A stretch of 64,000 nt of DNA, taken from the NCBI RefSeq assembly GCF_006345805.1, contig NC_043013.1, forward strand, positions 37,324,001 through 37,388,000, written 5' to 3'. Shown here piece after piece: positions 57,410 to 64,000 of this stretch (within the stretch, counting starts at the first letter, position 1; every line of letters starts with the position of its first letter). Both the position numbers and the translations under genes were made by a program. The stretch is from Octopus sinensis. Its lineage: Eukaryota. The notes under the pieces were generated by a model that ran no database searches, had not been told where the DNA came from, and worked only from the letters and a program-made list of their open reading frames with translations.

Positions 57410-57730
57410 CAATGCACACACACACATATATATATAAACATACATATATATATATATATACAGGTATATATTTATACATTCATATACACAATATTCCTAT
57501 ACACACACGCACACTCACATATATACACTTATATGCGTACATCTATATGTCTTTCTATCTATCTATCTGTCTATCTATCTATCTATCTATTTCTCTATCT
57601 ATCTATCTATCTATCTATTTATCTATCTTTATCTATCTGTCTGTCTGTCTTTGTGTGTCTGTGTGCTTCCCTGTGTGTCTGTCTATCAATCTCTCTCTCT
57701 CTCTCTCTCACTCGATCGATCTATCTATCT
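57410..57730. repeat. (CA)n/(TA)n/(TCTA)n/(TC)n microsatellite
   Basis: Direct reading. Confidence 0.9.
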
Positions 57731-57799
57731 ATGTTAAATGAAGAACAAAGAAAAAACAAACAAAAAAACTGAACAAACTATAACACTACCAAAGATACA

Positions 57800-58410
57800 C
57801 ACAATTCTCTGCTCGAAAAAGAAAGTATAATCTCCAACAATGTATGAAGACTATCATTAATAACCAAAGAATAGCTGAGGAGAATTGGGCCGTTGAGAAC
57901 ATCAAACGCAACCCTAAAGCGTTCTCTTTTGTGAAAAGACCCAAAGTCACTCTCTCCAATGTTAGCCCTCTAACTGATGAAAATGGCAATCTCCAAAGAA
58001 ATGCCCAAATCATGAGTGGGATACTGCAGGAACAGTACTGCTCTGTTTTTTGCAATCATGATATGGCGGATCTGGACTATATCAGTGATGTTAATCTTCA
58101 ACACACTACATCGGACATAAAGTTTGGCCCCTCTTATGTCGTAGCGGCAATTAAAGCGAACTTAAACACAATTCAGCAGTAACCCTCTGATAGGTTCCCT
58201 GCCTGTGTCTTGAAGGTGTGTGGGCACCAACTTGCATCGTGTTTTGCTATTCTGTGGAAGAACCAACTAGAAGCCGGTTATATTCCTGAGAACATTCTGT
58301 CTCGGTCTGTTTTTCCTGTTTTTAAAAAGGGAAACAAGTCCCTTGTAGCGACGTACTAGCTGATCCCGCTCACCTCCCATATCATCATGTCACTTTCTGC
58401 TAAGCAGCTT
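57800..58410 (+). mobile_element. CR1/L2-group LINE remnant: linker and RT N-terminus
   Basis: AVENIKRNPKAF, VSPLTDENGNL, MSGILQEQYCSVF, PACVLK, ILWKNQLEAGYIP, VFPVFKKGNK...Y*LIPLTS (~PifKKG...NYRPISLTS). Confidence 0.85.
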
Positions 58411-58470
58411 TACTCAGCATGATTTAGCTTCGTTACTATGGCAACAGTCCGAATATTTATTGACCTGACC

Positions 58471-58516
<46 letters not shown>

Positions 58517-58547
58517 CTGTCTGTCTCTCGATCTATTTACTTATCTG

Positions 58548-58582
<35 letters not shown>

Positions 58583-58692
58583 CTGTATATATACATACAT
58601 ACATACTTATATGTGTATGCATGGAAGTGCATGTGTGCGTATGTGTGTGTTCATGCATGCAATTCTGATCCTGCTTTCATCTATGTTATCAG

Positions 58693-59035
58693 CCATGCAG
58701 TTTTACCTACATCATAATTATTTTCTCGGTCACATTGACCTGACCGCTCACTTCAGTGAGGTACATTTTGTATGGAATCGATTACTTATTGAAGAACAGT
58801 TATGGAATTTTGACAATACAAGAGCTCTTTTGTAACCATTATTCTTCTGACAAGTACATTCAAAGAACACATATACACTCGCACACCCTCACACATGCAC
58901 ATACGCACAATATATACATGCATGTATATATAAAGATGAAATACGTTTCCATAGCCCTACGCTCATGAGGCGGGTTCTCCACATTGTACGGCGTATGAAA
59001 TCCCCAGTGTACCTGGACGCATCACTGCCCCGTAG
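58693..59035 (+). CDS. Unverified candidate pair of host exons (58693-58760 and 58955-59035)
   Basis: Acceptors ctttcatctatgttatcag and gtttccatag, donor gag|gtacat; the join is in frame: MQFYLHHNYFLGHIDLTAHFSE/PYAHEAGSPHCTAYEIPSVPGRITAP*; no homology recognised. Confidence 0.2.
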
Positions 59036-59917
59036 CAGGATTACTTTGTTAGCTGAATGGACTACAACGACAGGAAATGGAGTGTTTTCCTCAGAAACAA
59101 CAGTATAATCCCTTCTCAGAATGACAACCACAATCTTACGGCCATGAGTACTACACATCAAGCAATAATCCTCGGTATATTTGTTTATATAAGGAATTAC
59201 TCTATTACCCGGACTTCAAACTCACAGTCATACAAACTCATGAACCCCCGCCACATACACACGCACATAGATATTGTATTCTTTCCTTATTGGTAAGGAC
59301 AACAAAACCATTGAACTCCATGTATTGACGAATACATATCAAATATAGTGAGGATTCAAATGCATGCTCTGATAGTTGTTTGAGCTTGAATGATTTCCCT
59401 ATAATATACGGCAGACTATAAGAGCTCAGCGGACTATTAGATCATCAGTGGCACGATACTTGTACAAGCTTGCATTTAAAACCTAGTTGTTAGGGGGAGA
59501 GAGAAGAGCGAGAGAGAGAGAGAGAGAGAGAGTGAGAGTGAGACACAGAGACACAAACAACATACGACTATACTGATAAACAAATTAAATATATCAGCAT
59601 GGTTTCGATGTCTGTATGTATATACATACATACACACACACACACACACACGCTCACACACACACATATATATATTAATAGAGTATTATTGCCATTCTTA
59701 AAAATAAGTTTAACCTGAATAGGCAAAACATGCAAAATATCCAAATAAATGATGGTACCGAAATACCAGGTTGTTAGAAATAGTTTCTTAATAGTGAGAA
59801 ATTTGTGGCTTTGGAGCGTTGACACATATTTCTAGCAAGGTGCTATTTCGGTACTCTAATTTATATGTGTGTGTGCATATACATTCATTTTATCCACATG
59901 TGTGTCTGAGTGTGTGT

Positions 59918-59956
<39 letters not shown>

Positions 59957-59974
59957 TGTATCAGTGTTTCCCCA

Positions 59975-60165
59975 CCACCACCAGTTGACAATCGATGTCG
60001 GTGTGTTTAGATGCCCATAACATAGCGGTCCGGTGAACGTGACCTTAACCATAATTACCAAGCTTAAAAAGATAAATGCCGGGGTCGATCCATCGGTCGG
60101 AATATATTCTCCGAGGCGGTGCTCTAGCAGGGCCACAGGGTAATTACTGAGATAAGCAAAAAAAA
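59975..60165 (+). mobile_element. SINE family B-like 3' half, divergent
   Basis: ttgacaatcgatgtcggtgtgttta...ggggtcgat...gaggcggtgctctagcagggccacag. Confidence 0.7.
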
Positions 60166-60515
60166 AACATAAGACAAAAGACTTCAAAATAGCTGCGTGA
60201 AACTTTCTGTTGATTCTCATTGCGCTGACACACCTCTCATTGTTGTTTTTCTGAATCAGTAATAATGCTGACGACTTGATTATGCTACCGTGAATACTTT
60301 GAAAAGGATGACTCGTATATTTTCATATACGCTCCAACGATGCAGAACCTCCTCAAAAATGACGATCAGCAATTTTAGTCCACTTCAATAAATGGCCGGA
60401 AATATAAGCATATTGCACGCTGCTCACAATGAGTCGTAATCAAACTAGCGCCAATTGCATAAGAGGCACCGCGACAGCTTACTTAGCTGTGAATATATAT
60501 ATATAAATATATATA

Positions 60516-60840
60516 GGGGGAAGCTTTATGAAAATAAACAAAAGACGATGGCAGGTGGAAAACAAACGAACAATTGTATTAGTATGGCGCTCAGGAAATA
60601 TAAATAAAACAAGTCTTTAACGTTTCGAGCCTACGCTCTTCAACAGAAAGATACACAGAGAGAGAAAAACACAGAAAGAAGGAGAGAAAAAAAATGCGTG
60701 CAGTAGCTAACGAATCAACATGGCGATCTGATTTCGGCCAGAGGTCAAAGATCAAACATGAGACGCGAGAGCGAAATAAGGGGAGATAATAGGGTTGATA
60801 AAGGGGTTGAGGGACCAGCTAAAAGTGCGTGGGAGGGGTC
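60516..60840 (-). mobile_element. Hammerhead-bearing short repeat, family H1 copy 3 (longest)
   Basis: Aligns to the other H1 copies; carries ~100 extra 5' nt; 3' end ttccccc abuts (TA)n. Confidence 0.8.
60614..60651 (-). ncRNA. Minimal type-I hammerhead ribozyme-like fold (variant core CUGUUGA-A), best preserved copy
   Basis: TCTTT-CTGTTGA-A-GAGC gtag GCTC-GAAA-CG-T-T-AAAGA: perfect 5-bp stem I, 4-bp stem II with tetraloop, palindromic AACGTT stem III. Confidence 0.65.
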
Positions 60841-61058
60841 TAACACACACACACACGCACACACTTATATATCTATATATGAGCATATTTGTTTATATAT
60901 ACATATATGACACACCCACATATATATAATTACATACACACTTAATATGCATATATTTGTGTATGTTTATGCATGTATATATACGTATGTGTTTGCGTGT
61001 ATTCACGCTCCTCTATGTATGTACGTAGGAACATATCAATCTATCTATCTTTCTATAA

Positions 61059-61090
<32 letters not shown>

Positions 61091-61505
61091 GCATATATAT
61101 GTATGTATATTTATATATATACGTATGTATATATATGTATGTATATATATATATATATACATACACACACATACACACATACACACACACACACATATAT
61201 ATATATGTATGTATATACATATATATGTGAAGGGTCTTTGTGTGTCCTTCATATCACTCTCCTTGTTTCTCGTATTATTTAGATACAAGCATTTCACATC
61301 ATCGTGTCTGTTTTTATTATTTCTTCCCCTCACAGATACACACAGACATACGTAGACACAGCCACACTCAACCACACACACACACACACACACACACTGA
61401 GACATGCATACACACAAACAAACTCACAGTTGCCCACACAAGTCTACACACAACACACACACACATACACACATACATACACACAACACACACACACACA
61501 CACTC
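60840..61505. repeat. (CA)n/(TA)n microsatellite clusters
   Basis: Direct reading. Confidence 0.85.
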
Positions 61506-61719
61506 AGAGAAGCACTCAATTACACTGAATCCTTTTTCTCTTCCTCACCTCCGTTGAACTCTTTCATGTGTATTTGACGTTCATTGTTTTTACACTCTGC
61601 ATTCTCTCTTTCCAATACCTATTCCATTATATTCGCTTTGACGAAGCTGCTTTAATAATAGAAGATATTGCTATGACTTAACCGCGTATATATTTAAATA
61701 AAAACAACTGCTGCAGTAG

Positions 61720-61839
61720 CAATAACCCCCACCACAACCACAACCACACTACCGCCTACCAACACCAACACCAACACCAACACCGACAAGACAACCAATA
61801 ATAATAATGATGATAGTGATGATGATGATGATGATGATG

Positions 61840-61902
<63 letters not shown>

Positions 61903-61930
61903 TGATGATGATGATGATGATGATGATAAA

Positions 61931-61989
<59 letters not shown>

Positions 61990-62054
61990 TGGTGATGATG
62001 ATGATGATAATAATAATAATAATAATAATAATGATGATGATGATGATGGTGGTG

Positions 62055-62112
<58 letters not shown>

Positions 62113-62140
62113 TAATAGCAACAGCCACTGCATATAATAA
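61720..62140. repeat. Compound (ACC/AAC)n-(AAT)n-(GAT)n trinucleotide repeat
   Basis: Direct reading; source of the poly-I/L/Y/H/M ORFs. Confidence 0.95.
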
Positions 62141-62596
62141 TAAAACAATAAAAGACGAAATGCAATCTAACCAAAACAAATCGGGTTTCCGGCAGAATAC
62201 TGGTTTCATTTGCTGATGTGACATTAATAAGTTAACATGTCCACAACACAGGCCACGAATGTATAAAACAATACATGGTCAATAACTTTGCTTTTTGTTT
62301 TTGTTTTGCGCGTTTGATATGCTTATGCTTCCATTTAAACCGACCACTTTCATTTCTAATTGATTTTACGTAAGTCTTTAAAGCAGCTTCATACATATTG
62401 TTTTTCCAATGTTTTTCTATTCATTTATATTATTATTTCTCATTGCTCAGATCAGCACAATTTGCAGTTGCTGTCGTCGTTTTGTACCCCGTCCTCCTTC
62501 TCCTCTCCTCTCATCTCAGGTCTGATGATGCTGATCTATGGCAGAATCGCTAGAGTGTCCTGTCAATATTGCCTTACTGTATTCTTTCAAACTCTT

Positions 62597-63410
62597 AACA
62601 TTCTGAGTTCAAATCCTGGCAAGATCAAATATACTTTCATTACTCTACTCTTTTGTTCATAAAATAAAGTACCGATGATGTGATGGGATTAAAGTACTCG
62701 ATTAAACATATTTCCCTTAAAAGCTGCTGACATTGTGCCTGTGCTGTCAACAAGTATGTAAACATTCCATTCTGAGACAATGTTAAGCTGGCGAGCTGGT
62801 CGAATCTTTACGATCTGAGTTAAAATTCCGCCAAGGTCAACTATGTCTTTCATCCTTGCGGGGTAGATAAATTAAGTACTAGTTGAGTACTTAATTGAGG
62901 TCAATGTAATCGACTTACCAACTCCCCCGAAATTGCTGGCTTAGTGCGAAAATTTGAAATCATTATTATGAGATAATATTGAAGGTAGCAAGCAGGTAGA
63001 ATCGTTAGTGCACCAGTCAAAATGGTTAGATGCATTTTATCCGTCTTTACGTTCTGCTTTCAAATACAACCGTAGTCGACTTTGCTGTCACCATTTTAGG
63101 GACAATAAAAATAAGTAGAGTCCAGCACAGGGGTCGATGTAATCGACTAGTCCCTTGTGCCTATAAAAGGAAAGAATGGATCATTACGTGATGCTGCAGA
63201 AGATGGCAAGCTGGCAGAATCTTTAGCACACTCGGCAACAAATACTTACCGTCATCTCGTCCGTCTTTACGCTCTCAGTTCAAATCTCGCCGTAGTCGAC
63301 TTTGCCTTTTTATGATTTCAAGTTCCAGTTGAACTCTGATGTCGATGCAATTGACTTAAACACCTCCTCGAAATTGCTGGCCTTCTCTCAAAATCTGAAA
63401 CTGTTATTAT
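62597..63410 (+). mobile_element. Cluster of four same-strand degenerate SINE family A copies (~62597, 62790, 62983, 63205)
   Basis: Four box-B-like segments (ctgagttcaaatcc, ctgagttaaaattcc, ctgctttcaaatac, ctcagttcaaatctc), each followed by core remnants. Confidence 0.75.
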
Positions 63411-64000
63411 GAAATATTGTTTACCAAGAATACATTATGTTATGCGCTCTTGCTTTTATAAGGCTACAAGCGTGGCTTGAGGAAAATTCGGTCGTTACAT
63501 TTTGCAAATGAAGTGACGAATCTGTGGCTACTTTGTTTACACGACGCCATATTTTAATGCTTGACATACACGAATGCTCTAACGTGGATTGTCCGCTCCA
63601 AGCGGATATGAAACTCTGATACTAGATTCTATGCTGTGTTTGTTTACATGAATTTCGCCGGCTCTTACAAAAGCCTATTAATAGATACTGGTGATCAAAG
63701 ATAATCAAATATATCTTTATTCTGGCAACATAAACATGACCAAAAATCCTGTTTCATTATCTATTTGTTGCTACTGACTGTTACCACTGGCCGCATCGAT
63801 AATAACATAGGACAGCAGAATAAACAAGGCAGGGTTCTTTTCCTGCCTACTGCTGTTTAAATACCTTCAGAACCAAGACAACTCACTTCAAAATGTCCTA
63901 ATGTCGACAACAACAGAATTCATACTATCCGGAATTACAACTGCCTAGCAAGCACTCACACATAAAAGCACACACACACATACACACACACATACACACA

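Noticed and set aside
61694-62224. 176/141/130-aa ORFs
   Set aside because: Compound (AAT)/(GAT) repeat translations, not proteins.
63812-63856. Two-segment hairpin ACAGCAG..AGGCAGG/CCTGCCT..CTGCTGT
   Set aside because: Large asymmetric bulge and short stems; not miRNA-like or a histone stem-loop.

Overview
Very AT-rich, microsatellite-saturated animal genomic DNA with no long ORF and no confidently identifiable host gene. The SINE families and the density of (TA)n/(CA)n/(TAA)n/(GATA)n resemble an Octopus (coleoid cephalopod) genome; this is an inference from memory of such repeats, not a database result. Almost every ORF in the supplied track is a translated microsatellite. Supported content: (i) dozens of tRNA-derived SINE copies of at least three families, including tandem, nested and inverted arrangements; (ii) a near-full-length decayed mariner (31346-32549) and a Tc1 transposase 5' fragment; (iii) decayed non-LTR retrotransposons: an R4/Dong-like RT, a CR1-group element split by later insertions, and weaker HERO-like and RTE-like pieces; (iv) two families of short non-coding repeats, each carrying a minimal type-I hammerhead-ribozyme fold of the kind linked to Penelope-like elements. 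In one family all three copies share a non-canonical core, CUGUNGA-A. A (TAA)n tract at 34.5-35.5 kb holds a ~557-bp non-coding element and a tRNA-like mini-element and is bracketed by a divergent pair of hammerhead repeats. A few weak exon candidates are flagged but not asserted.
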